Shown in pieces: positions 1-12,803 of a stretch of 64,000 bases of DNA (positions within the stretch are counted from its first letter, which is position 1; every line of letters starts with the position of its first letter). Source of the DNA: Dimorphilus gyrociliatus (lineage: Eukaryota > Animalia > Annelida); assembly GCA_904063045.1 (NCBI GenBank), contig CAJFCJ010000024.1:863777-927776 (forward strand). The letters are read 5' to 3'. Under the pieces are notes generated by a model. It was not told the DNA's origin, did no database searches, and was given only the letters and a program-made list of their open reading frames with translations. The position numbers and the translations under genes are program-made.

Positions 1-107
1 TCAGTGATGAAGAAGTCTTCGATATAGTACAAAAAAATAATTTAGAAATTAACCTACTTAATTATTTATTTTCTTCAAAAGCCCTCTTTCAGCGTTCTTT
101 CAAGTAA
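1..107 (+). CDS. Possible 3'-terminal coding fragment of a gene starting upstream of the window (unidentified)
   Basis: The frame from nt 3 is open (SDEEVFDIVQKNNLEINLLNYLFSSKALFQRSFK) to TAA at 105-107, followed by AATAAA at 128-133. Too short to identify. Confidence 0.4.
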   Translation, partial: SDEEVFDIVQKNNLEINLLNYLFSSKALFQRSFK

Positions 108-317
108 AAGGATAGGGATAACATCAGAATAAATACATTTTAATGAAAATTTCGGTATAGTTTAATTGACCCAAAAATAAGAATAAACCTCGATACTGCA
201 AAATATAATATACACGGTATACTGTTTACTTGTATACATCCATTTATAAATTACACATAATTCATATATACTTTTATGAATTTACATGGAAAGTTTGAAA
301 TGTATGTTCAACTGAGC

Positions 318-2652
318 TTAGACAAAATAGGATATGTCAACCACTTCCGGTTCCGCGGGACTATCTTCAGCCGAAAATGGAGATTCTTGATTTAGTCCGA
401 TAGTTCCTATAACAATATCAGTATTTGTTGTAATCTTTTGCACTCTGTTCACAGTAACTTTAAACTTAAGAGTATAATATAAATCTATCAGACTGCAAGA
501 TTTTAATCCAGTTGGTGGTAAATCCAATGGGATTTTAATTTTCTCTTTCCATCTATCAGTAGATCTAGCTCTTACTTGACCTTTGCTAACCATAGCCAGT
601 GTCTTTCTTTCATGGAAGGTCTTTCCAGACTGGTCGTAATACCTGACATTCTAGGAAATATTTTAATAAATTTTTATTGTCCTTTCTAAATTGAAAAATC
701 TATTTATTCTCTTTTATTACTTGCATTAAAACTACTTTAGACCGTTTAGTACTTCTGCCGCTATTATTCTTAACTTCACCTTTGAAATGTATTGTCTCAC
801 CCGGGAGATAGCCAATCCGTTCTAAATACCAACTACAAACAATCTGTCCTAGTGTACAACACATGACAGTTTGATGCTCCTCACTATTCAATTCAACTGG
901 TGTCTAAAGAACAATAATTATTAATCAGATGTAGCAGTATTCAAGGAAATTGAATTAAGTTTCAGTTACCATCATTTTTGGCAGAGAATTCAAGTCAACA
1001 ACACTCGTTATTGTAATTCTCTTTTTAACAGTATGATTATGCTTCCAAGGCCTTTCAAGCTTTACCCTCGCCCAATATTCTATTCCGCCGTGTTCAGCCA
1101 AAAAAGTTGAAGGTAAAACGTTTGGTAATTGAATTCTAAAGGGATATTTATGTGTCCCGGATTGAACCAAAATTTCATTTTCCTTTTCCCCTAAATGTAT
1201 AGTATTTTTTCAATAAGAGATTAGTAATGTACAAGCAAGCTGCAGGAAATTAAATAATAGCAAAGAGGGCAATTAACTTTCCAGGCCTATTAAGTTTAGC
1301 CTACTTTATATTGGTTGCATGGCGACCGTTTTCCTTTATATATATTTTTTTATGTCTGTAAAAAAAAAATTCCCCTTCCAACTTTTTCCTTATAAATATT
1401 GTACAAACGAAATATCCTTATCAATAGCGTGCAGTGTAGGGAAAAGGCCTACAAATATTATACTCGCTGTATATTAAAATCTTTCGTGCTATAAGTTCAT
1501 ATATCATTTCTCTTCTTTTTTTTTTCCTATAAGAATTGAAATATATACGCTAGAAACTTATATTTAAGCATATTATATAAAGAGATATATACAGTATATA
1601 CAGAATACATGTACATTACTATACATCTCTTGCATGATATATATATATATGATAATTTAATATAGGAAATATCTTAGGAGCGTCTCCTAACAACCAATTC
1701 TTTTTTCCCATATTTCATAAATATAATTAAATTCTGTTAGACAAATGAAACAAAAACTTAATAATAGAAAGAGAAAAAAACAAGATAAAATTGATTTTTA
1801 TTCTTTTTCCTAATTGTTGTTATAATTTTAATAAATAGAGTTTGGTTCACAAAATATCGTTTATCTACTGCATTCTTACTCTAAAACGTAAAAATATTAT
1901 CTATATTCGTTTGTTTGTTGTAAGCCTATACAGGAGTAATTTTTCTACGTTTATAAATAGGTAAATAATTCTTGGTGTTTCTTTCATTAAAATCTTTTTT
2001 TAATAAAGGAATATAATACAAATTTATGCGATATCTTTGAAATTCTTTCAAATACTTTCAAAGAATTAACTGAAGAGAAAATTAACCTTGTTTGTATAGT
2101 ATTTGCCTCTGATTAAGGTAGTCTTCTTCAAGAACGAATGGATGCCTGGGTTGAGATCTCTGGGAAGAATCTGGTCGTGGCCATTTAACCTTGGCATAGC
2201 CGTATAATTCTAAAGTTAAGGCTATTGGAGAAAAAATAATAATCTTGAGGAGAAAAAGGAAAAGAAATATCCTAAATTATTGATCAAATTCTTTATTTTT
2301 CTGTCTTGGTCTAATTTCTCTTTATTTTTCTCTTTCTGTCTCTATCTCTCTCTCTTTTTCCTTCCATTCTTTCTGTCTATTTTTTGCTCCAATAATCTAT
2401 ATTTTCTATATCTCTCTCTAAATTTTTTCTGTCTCTATTATGCTCTCTCTCTCTCTTTCTCTGTTATCTTATTCTCATTATTTTTTTTTAATTGCTGAAG
2501 GAGAAGTGGCATTTGTTCTTATATAGTAAGGTATACTAACATTCTATGACGAGATCATCTAATAATTCACATATTACATTTCCGCTAACTTCTTCACCCT
2601 CTATGTAACTTGAATCGTTAAAATTTATGTAGAGTGATATTTCGTCCGCCAT
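318..2652 (-). CDS. Alpha-arrestin (arrestin domain-containing protein, ARRDC family), 327 aa, 5 exons
   Basis: Exons (minus) 2652-2541, 2221-2087, 1190-970, 903-721, 650-318; all introns GT-AG and phase-consistent (984 nt). Arrestin_N motifs: YIEGEEVSGNVICEL, LELYGYAKVKW, GTHKYPFRIQLPNVLPSTF, HGGIEYWARVKLERPWK. Arrestin_C motifs: GYLPGETIHFKGEVKNNS, IPLDLPPT, SLIDLYYTLK, DIVIGT. ORF-track entries 318-593, 700-891 and 955-1170 are pieces of this gene. An additional upstream exon cannot be excluded. Confidence 0.93.
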
Positions 2653-5132
2653 TAGAAGCAGGTAGTGCTGAAAATATTTTTCAGCTTAGAAAAGCATATG
2701 AAGCCTTTATTTGCATTATTCTTACTTGAATTGGCCTATAGGCCAAAGAGTGAAAAAGGGTTTTACGGTAGGCCTATATATTTTTACATTCTTATTAATG
2801 GTTACAACTGCATCATCTCGGATGAATTGATGAATATTAATGAATAGAAAGATAGTTTTTTTTCTTATTAAGGGAAATATATAAGGAATAAGGATTTTTG
2901 CCTCTTTACAAGATGAAGCAACGTCTATTTCTATCCTGTCTATTCTCCCTTTGACCATTATACAGGCCGTATCCTTCCGTCCGAAATAGGCTTAAATAGT
3001 TCAAAGGTTTCGTTAAAGTTGCGAAATATTTAATACGAATTCTAAAGAGACTTAAAAGAATATTGAGAAGTCAAAGAAGGAGGAAAAGCAATGGCAGCAG
3101 AAGTAATAGGAAGAAAGCTGTGTCATCTGGAAACCTATTCGATTTAGTAATTCCTATGGAGTTTACCTTGTCTATAAAATGAAAATTACTGTCGATTTGT
3201 AAGATGTATATATACATATGGCATTATATACAACAAAACCAATATATCAATAAACATATACTATATTAATTAATGTTCTCTTAATCGATTTCTTGATATT
3301 TATGTGTTTTTCTTCTATCAACATGAAAATTTATTACCTTTACCTAATTATGAAATATTAATATTTAAGAATTTTATTACAGAAATTACTAATAATTACA
3401 TAATATTACTTTTAATACCGCAACATAAAAAGAAAGTTTACGAATACAATTTGATAGATATATAGAGGAGAGCGAACACGAAATATCGCCACAGATACCG
3501 CATAACTGTATACAACTATGTATTGGTATAGGGCTACTATCTTTTTTAAGCATACTCTATATCAAATTTTACAATTGATGACAATTACTTTTGAATTTTA
3601 GGCTTAACTTCTTTGTGTTTAAAGTTTTCTGTTTTTTTTTTGTTTTAAGCCGATCAAATGTAAAATTCTACTTTCATAGATAGATTGAAATAGGGAATAA
3701 GAAATATGATATTATATTAAAAAGAATAGAAATAACGTTGGTTAGAAAGCAAAAGAGAAGAAATGGAGGAAAGAATGTAACGGTTTTTTTAGAGTTTAAA
3801 AATAGACTTATCAACTAAAATAAATCTAGACAACTCGACGACTAATAAACGTCATCTTCTTTAGTTTTTTGTCAAGAGAGTATTTAAACATAAATTGAAA
3901 ATGGAATGTTTTCGTTCTAAATAATTTGTTTCTCTTGTAAATATGTTTAAGAATAAGAAGAACATGATAGAGATCATCGGTACAACAGAGAGCGACAGAG
4001 GAGCAGTACGAAAAGAGGAAGGTAAAAATATATAAAGATTTCATTTAGTATCAATATTTTTAGTATATAACAAAGGAAAAATAAGAAATTTCTATATTAC
4101 ATAATTATTTAATACTTAAAAAGATTCTTATTTAATTTACTAAACAATTGTTAATGGTATCTTCTTTTTCGTCCAACTTTTTTTTTATCTTTTCTCTTTT
4201 CTTTATCATGCTGTTTCTATATTTTCTTTTTTACATATCTTTCGCTTTTTGTTTGTTTGAACAATTGTAATGTTTGTTAGAGAAAGAGGAGGAAAAAAGA
4301 AACATTGTATTAGATATATTTTACTTAGTTTAACGTGTCAGATAAAGTAAATGAATGAAATAGGAGAAAAAGGGAAAAGTGAATGCAAAGTTGTAATAAT
4401 TATCTTAACTATTCCATTTCAGTTTTTTAACACAAGAATAATAAGATTTTGTTTAAAATGCAAAGATGATGAAAGTAAGTATAGATATATATATAGTATA
4501 TATTTCTTGGTTGATATTACGTAATAGGGGAATAGTTGATAGTTGTTATATATTTTTTTCATCTATTTCTCTATCATCTAAGGTCTCGTTATTTGCATTT
4601 ATCGAATGGCTTAATCAACGAGTTTATGGGTGAATTAGGAACGCTAATATACACTATTATTTTTCATATGTATTGTATATATACAGCATTTATGTACACT
4701 AAGGCTTATGTGCTGTATATATATATATGTGTGTGTGTGTATATATAGTTTTCCTAATCATAATGATCAATTTAAAGATAATTTTTTATTTTGAATCATT
4801 GAGAGTTTTCAGGATATTACTTGCAAAGTTTAATACATTTTTATCGATTGAACAAAAATTAACGGTCATTAACAATACTAGATATGGCTAATTTGGTCGA
4901 AAGAAAATCATGTTCAACCAGTAAATTATTTGAAGACATGAAAACAAAGAAACGACAACAACCAGGTGCAATTTGCTTATATTTAACAAAATGTCTGCTA
5001 AAAGACGCCCTACATCAGCGCCGTCTAACAGTATAAAATTCTTACTGCAAAAATGCTATTTTGTAGTCTCGCAACGAACGCTCAACATATCATTTCCAAG
5101 CTCAACGGTTTTTAATATCCTGTATTACTCTC

Positions 5133-6364
5133 ATGCAGAATATGACAAACGTTACCGAAGCGGTATGGAATATGTCCGTTTTTAAAAAGACTCTTAAAAA
5201 GGAAGTTGTCGATACTTTTTATTCAATTTTCCTCATCGTCGGTTTTCTTGGGAATATGTTAGTGATATTAGCTATGGTTCGATTTGAGAAGTTTAGAAAC
5301 AAATCCATAGCGAATGGCTATATACTGAATTTGGCTTTCGCCGATATGCTTTTCATCCTTACAATGCCTTTTTTCATTGCTAGTACCAACAAACATTGGG
5401 TTATGAATAGTGCCTTATGTAAAATGGCGAATTTTGCTAAGGAATTGAATAAGTTTGCCAGCGTATTCACGCTGGTTGTATTGAGTTTCGATAGATATTT
5501 GGCTTCTTTTCCAGATAGGGAAGTGTAATGGAGTAATCGAAAATAATGATATATAGTCATTATGATAAAAAAACCAAAGGATTATTAATCGAACAAGCAA
5601 ACAAAAAAAGAAATAAAACATGCAAAAAAAAAAACAAAATCCGATCGGAAAACGAAATTTCTCTTCCATTTATTTATATTTAGTTTTGTAAAGAGGAAAG
5701 TAACAATTGTTTTCTTTGTTTCTTATTTATTTTTTCTTTTTTAACTAACTTTGTCATTGTTCTAGACCTCTTTTTCATCATTTCCTTCTCATTTAATTTT
5801 CACCTCTAACTCTACCATTTTCAACAGTTGCGTTTTTTCGTTTTCCCTTTTATTTCTCTGCCTTCTCTCCTTTTCTTTGCTTTTATAATTATTCTTTTAA
5901 TTTCATCCTTTAATTAAACCCTGCTTCTCAGCTTAATTATTTTGTATTAGGAGATGTTAATACTTGTAAAGAAAAGAAAATCACCGAAAATTGATGTCCA
6001 ATATCAATTTTATTAAAAATTTAGCGGAAATTTGCTTAATGCAAAGGTTAAATGTTTAATTTTTAGTAAAATTACATAATACGATCAGATTTATTAGCTT
6101 ATAGTAACACCTGTATTTAGAAATGTATATACCCCAGAGGATAGCAGGATATTGATATACAATAGGTTGTTTTATCGTACAAATTATATTTATATATTGG
6201 TATTGTCTTGTACGATTCGTTAATTTCTTTTAAGTGAATCTAATTTGGCAGAAAATTTAATAATAGAAGTCAAGTAGCAGTATAGTAATGCTATATGTAC
6301 AAATTTTACATAACAAATATACAGTATATGTATATTATATACCTGTACATGCAGTGTATATATT

Positions 6365-6402
<38 letters not shown>

Positions 6403-9400
6403 AATTTCATCTGGAGATGATCTCCCGAAAAAAACATATGCAATTAATAAGAAAACGAATTCACTTTTTTATCTGTAATGGGCTACACCTGCGCTCTAAA
6501 ATACCAACTTTATCTCTTTTCTGTATTCGTGTCAGTAGAACTAACTTTTATCTTAACAAATTCTTTTTACCTTTTTATGTTTTTTATTTTTACTAAGAAA
6601 ACAATTAGATTATATTTAATTTTCTATATCGGATTAAACTGATCATTAAACTTGATATTGGAGGGGGAGAGTAAGATGCATTTATAGATATGAAAATAGA
6701 GAAGGCATTACCCTAAATAGACAGTTGTTTACAAATATATCTATATATACTGTATATATATATATATATATATGAAAATTGAGGAATTTTTTGTTGAAAT
6801 TTTTTTACCCTGCTCTACTTAGCTATATATCACGGATTAATCGGTTAAAGAAAATAAATTATAACTCCTTATTGTGATTTTCTTACAAAGGTTGCACGGT
6901 TATTCTCTAGCACTATTTGATTCTGAGTTATTCATTACTGTATTTTAAGTTGAAATAACTTTAAGAGCAATTATAGGTCTTTTATATTATCATAAACAAG
7001 AGATTACCAATATTTTTTATATAGTCCTATAAAGTAAAATAGTAAAAAATAAAAAGAAACTATATTCAGCGGGATGTTTGCAGTAATAACAGAACATAAT
7101 TTGATTTATGTAGTTAGTACAGACAACCGTATGAGAATTCTGACTCTACATTCTTGCTTATCCAAATCCTAAATAAATACTAAACTTAAACGTGTTGTAT
7201 TCATATAGAATATATAATTTTTTTTAATTTAATAGTCGTTTATTTATGATTTCTATTCTATTTATTAATTATTTTTTGTATTTCGTGTAAATTCATGTTA
7301 ATTTAAGTAAGATTACGTAATCAATTAAATAAATTTATTTAGGATCTCTTTTTTAATTAAAGATTTATTTAACAAAGATTCCTGAAGTTTACTATGCCAT
7401 TACTAATACTCCTTCCACTTCATCTCGCCCCCTACCTGCTCCCTCATCTTTTTTTCCCCCCTCCCCCCCCACTCTCTCTCGCTCTTGCTTTCTCTTTTTC
7501 TCCTTTACCCTCTTATCAGCACAACTACTGTCTACATATTTTATTACGTAATTCTATTTCAACCTTGGATTTTGTTCTCGTAATCAAGATTCGTTTTGCT
7601 GTTCCTTTAGAATTCTATCTTGATTGATAAATTTTCCACTAGAATCCATGCAATTTGCTTCAATAACGCAGAGATAGTGTAAACAAATGATAAAATTGAA
7701 AACGTTTGATCTAGTGCCCTCTACTGGTAGACAAAACTTTATGTACCAAAAATATATATTTAAGGTTCAATTGAAAAGGTTAAAATATGTAAAATATCTC
7801 CAATTCACTTCCCTATTTGAACGATACAGAGGACACTTGAGGACACAAAGAGTTGGAGTTACAATCTGCATTATTATCTGGCTTTTAGCAGCTCTCTTAT
7901 CAAGTCCTTATCCTATTTTTGCAAACAGAAACTATTACAACAAGAGCGGAAGTTCCAACTGCAAAGTGAATTGGCCAGAGAATAGTACTTTTATATTCGA
8001 TGTAACACATGGGATATTACAAATGACTTGTGGATTTCTTGTACCAACCGCAATCATAATTATCTCATACATTCTACTCTTACAGAGAATTAGGAGAATG
8101 GCAAGAGTAAAATTAACATCCACTTTTCAAGCTCCAAATCGTAAAATGACGAGAATGGTCGTTGCTGTTGTACTTGCTTTTATAATACTTCACGCTCCAC
8201 ATTATATAGTAGAAATTATACAGATTGCAAAGAAAGTCGAACATCCTGATACTCAAAGACTTTCGGAGAGGTGGCAAGTAGTTGTCTTCATCTACGTGAA
8301 TCTAATATCTCAAATGTCTTTATACATCAATTCTGCACTTAATCCTGTCCTATACTTCCTTCTTAATGAAAACTTTAGTAAGTATTTCATTTTAATCATT
8401 AGATTTAATTTACTTTTAAACGCTATTCCCATTCTATTCTATTCCTAACAATAATTAATCACTAAGGAATAAGAATTGGGAAATAAGAACGTTAATTTTT
8501 CATTTATTTTATTGTTATTATCATTATTATTACCGTTGCGAGTAATTATTCGAATTATTCATGGGTAATCTAGTCTGAAGTAAAAAAAAAATAAGAAAAA
8601 AAAAAGAGACGCTCTTTACGACTTAAGAGGAATGAGTTTACGGGATAAAGAGAAATAAGAAAATAGCGGAAGGACAGAGGAATAAAAAAGAACGATAGAG
8701 AGACAGAGTGTGAGTGGGAGGGGGAAAGAAGTAGGGGGAGGCAGAAAGAGTGAAATAGTGGGATAGACAGAGAACAAGAAAAGAAGAGAGATATTGTTCT
8801 TTTTTTTGCTCCCTGATTAGATCTTTTCTCTTGTCAGTTAGATTAGATTCATTGCCGACAACTCGTATCTTCCTCTCCATCCAATCCTTATTCGACCTCA
8901 TAAGAGAGAAAGAGGCGTTTCGAACTTTGGTCCATTGCCACTTGATAAAATTATTAATGATCCTACGCCATATGATAAACTTTTATCTGCGCATGGGGGC
9001 GTTTTTTTAATACTGTGCCTATTTATCAAATAATCATTTTATAACTATTTTCTGCTCTATGACTACATGGGACGTCCCGCTATTATTCATATGGTAACCG
9101 TTTCTTCTCGCCTCGATTCACCCGATCCTGTAAAACGAGTGCAATATTGCCTTGTTAATGGAACCAAACGTACATATACTTTCTATATCAAAAGATATAT
9201 TAAGCGTTAACGTTTCTTTCAATATTGGCTATAAAATATGTTTCAATATAAAATAAAGCGGTCAATCTCTTTTCAGTTAACGAGCATAACTGGGCCAATA
9301 TAGGATGAATAAAAGATACGTTTTCTATTATCGAATGACGTTATATACACCAGTTTTCCTCTTTATACCTTTCAGCCTTACCTTTACACATCCATCTATA

Positions 9401-9978
9401 TCAAAAAGAAATAAGTATTGTACGTTTAGTGCATAAGCTGATGAAATGCAGGGTGTAAACAATATGCAGAAAGCTACACAAACAGGATAGCAGATTCTGT
9501 AGAATATTTCATATTCTATTCTCTTTTATAGATGCAACTAATAGCTTTCCATACAGTGTTTGTACACTTTTTTATTCATTTTTTCCCGCTTCCATACGCA
9601 GAACAGGAAAAAACAAAAAAAAAAGTATTAAAAAAAAAAATTACCATAATCCTTTTGATCTAACGTGTCACAGGAGTTGTCTTAATAAGCCTCTAAACCT
9701 TCGTACACCACAAACAAACTCTATTCCCGTCCATCTCCTATTTTTTTGCATTACTTCAATTTGATATTATTATCTCAGTTATATATTGTCTATTCTATAC
9801 TAGAATTAGTGGCATTAATATCTCTAGAATTTATGTTCTTTTCCTCTTTCACTCAATTCTTTTCTCTTTCGATTGAAGAGAAAAGAGAGGGAGAAAAGTT
9901 GATAATTGAGATAAAGATTAAAGCTATCAGGAGAGAACGTGAATGTCATCAAGAGAATAACGTATAATAATAAACTTA

Positions 9979-10010
<32 letters not shown>

Positions 10011-10499
10011 TGCTTGAAGAACATTTGCATGAAAAGTTCAGTTAAGACTCTCCTAAAAAAAAACAGAGTCAATATTTTCACTTGAATATTCGATTAAGCG
10101 TCATCCTCTCTCCTCTTTCACAAAGTACTTTTTTTTTCAACTTTACGTTTTTTTTTATAAAAAATAAAAACTCAATGGACAGAAAGGAATACGATCTTTT
10201 TCATTAATTGGCAATGCTTCTAGTAGGTTTTCCGCCTAATTAAATTGTTTTTGTATTCAATCGACAAAGGCTTTCTCGCTTTAATTTGCACGCAAACTTT
10301 TCTTTTAGTAGAGAAAATCTTTTCTTTTCATTATAATATTTAAGAAAATAAGAAACTTTAACTGTCTCTTTAGTTTTTTTAAGTATTTTTTCATGTTCAA
10401 TACGTTCATGTGTTCAGTATAAACTAAATTACGTTTCTTAAACAAAAGCCTTTAGACAGTCGATCTACGTGTTGTATAAATTTATACAGTATACACATA

Positions 10500-10536
<37 letters not shown>

Positions 10537-11961
10537 TATATATAGTACATTGTATATGTAGATAGATGCAATTTACCGGAAAAGCAGAAACGGATACAAA
10601 TGCCTCAGGTACATCAGGTTTTTTACGAGTGGTGCATGACAATCGTTTTAATGCAAACAAGATCATTGTTTCTCGTTTGTTTGTCACGTATACAACTATA
10701 CTAAAACCTAAGAGTTTTAAGTTTCACTCTGAATTCCGATGTTATAGAATATTTTTTTTTTAAGGTAAACTAAAAATGTATTTATGATATAGCGAGAAAT
10801 ATTTGAAGAGTATTAAAGAAAAATATGTCTATAAATCAGTAAAAATTGCAGATTAAGTATCTTATATTGATACATCTATATCCTAGTTGATTTTGCTATA
10901 TATTTCATTCTGACTTGTTTCCTTTTATTTTCTTCTTTTTACCTTATTAGCTCTTATTTTAACTTGTTCAAGAGGGTGGTTAAAGAGAAGAAGTAAAGAT
11001 TTAAGGAGAGTTCATTAAAGATAAAGGTCTGGGAGGTAAAGAAAAGTTTTCTTGTTTTTTCAGACTTTGCAAATTCCTCTTGTATTGGGGTTTAATAGTA
11101 ATAATTAAAAGTTGTTAGGCAATGACATAGATTTTGGAGTTAGTTTACTGTTAATTAATATGATTAGTAAGTATCTCTTTTCTCTTTTTATAGAATTAAG
11201 AGAAATTTCTCGTGACGATAGTTAGGAAAATTAATAAATTAGAGTAGAAGAAAAAAGAGAGGAAGGAAGCTTAATTTGTAAACAAAAAACACTACTGATT
11301 TATAAAATATCAATGAAATTATGGGCTATAAGTAGTGAAGAGCCCTCAATAGAATAAGACATTAACAAAAAAGGAAATTGAAGTGTTAAGGAGAGGAAAG
11401 GGAGCTACAACACCATCATTAAAACGGAACTATAATTTTTTTTCTTTATTTAGCAGGAAAACAGTTTCCGATTATATGATCACAAGCCCAAAAATTACTG
11501 ATAAAAAACACATGTCAAAAGCAATTAAGGTCACAGTGCAGTTTGTTTGATCATATTCCAGATTAGCCATGTCGGTTGCTATCGACCATTTCTTCATTAA
11601 TTTTTCATATGAGTCTCTAAAACTTATGTCACTTTTTTCTTATTCAAAAAGAGAATTATGGAAGGAAAAAAGCTGGTAAAATACGGAAATTATGACTGAA
11701 AGAGTGTATAAGAACATTTCTTATAGATACCGTTAAATGGTTCTTTTCCTACATGACAACAGAATAATGCTAAATGGAATTAAGTCTTTTTGAACTGTCA
11801 ATTATCTATAGGGAATATTGGTTTATTATTAGTCTTATTAGAGGTATTACAGTCGGTGGGAGAGAAAAGCAAGGTGAGCGAAGAAGAAAACAAACGAACA
11901 GAAAATTAAAGCAAAGTAAGGGGTGAATTCCCACTGAGTTGTGTGAAATGTGCAAGATAAG

Positions 11962-11994
<33 letters not shown>

Positions 11995-12770
11995 CAGCAT
12001 ATATATTTTATATAAAAGAGTAAAAAGGAAATGTTTTATATTCTTAAAAGACAGACAAACAATCTTTTACCTTTTAGTACAGTTAGCAAAGAGTGAAAAC
12101 TTGTTTAAACTGTTTTTTGTATGTAAATAAATAATATAGGATCATAAATATTAAACATGAAAAATTATGTTTATATTGTAGAGTATAAAGTATATAATGA
12201 AAAAAATGTATATTGTATAAAAAGGTATTTTTTACTGATGAGAATCGATGAATAACATCAATGTGCGCATCATAATTATACACTTGTGTATTTACGCTCG
12301 AGTAATTTAATGCATTTTCGACATGCATCACCTGATGAATAGACATTATAAGTGTTATATTTTATGAGCGAAGGTTATATATTATAAACATTTTATAAAG
12401 CTGTTATTGCGTGGTTTGTAATTTGTTTCCTTGTTATGTCAACGTAAGTGAAAAGTTCACCTATTCACCTATTCACCTATTAACCTCGGTTTATAGGCGT
12501 CTAACAAATATCTAGAATATGGTTTATATTAGTTTTGAGCGTTTTATTTGTATTTATTTAAGCGGTAGACATTTATTAATTTGTACAACCTAGTTTTGAT
12601 AAGAATAAGAGGAGAAAAATAGCAAATCTGGCAGAAAAGGTTAGAAAAGAGGCGTTAACCATTAATAGCGATTTCATATTCTGTAAAATGAAGTGTACAC
12701 AAGTAATATTGAAGGAAGGAGAAGGGGAGAAGTACAACATATATATATATATATATATATACAAAGAGAC

Positions 12771-12803
<33 letters not shown>

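Noticed and set aside
2722-2958. ORF MVKGRIDRIEIDV... as the arrestin first exon
   Set aside because: Its start resembles ARRDC3, but the exon at 2652-2541 already supplies the complete Arrestin_N start in the correct phase.
10567-10640. Alternative GPCR terminal exon (NAIYRKSRNGYKCLRYIRFFTSGA*)
   Set aside because: The acceptor lacks a pyrimidine tract and sits next to a (TA)n run; the 16120 exon gives a canonical helix 8.
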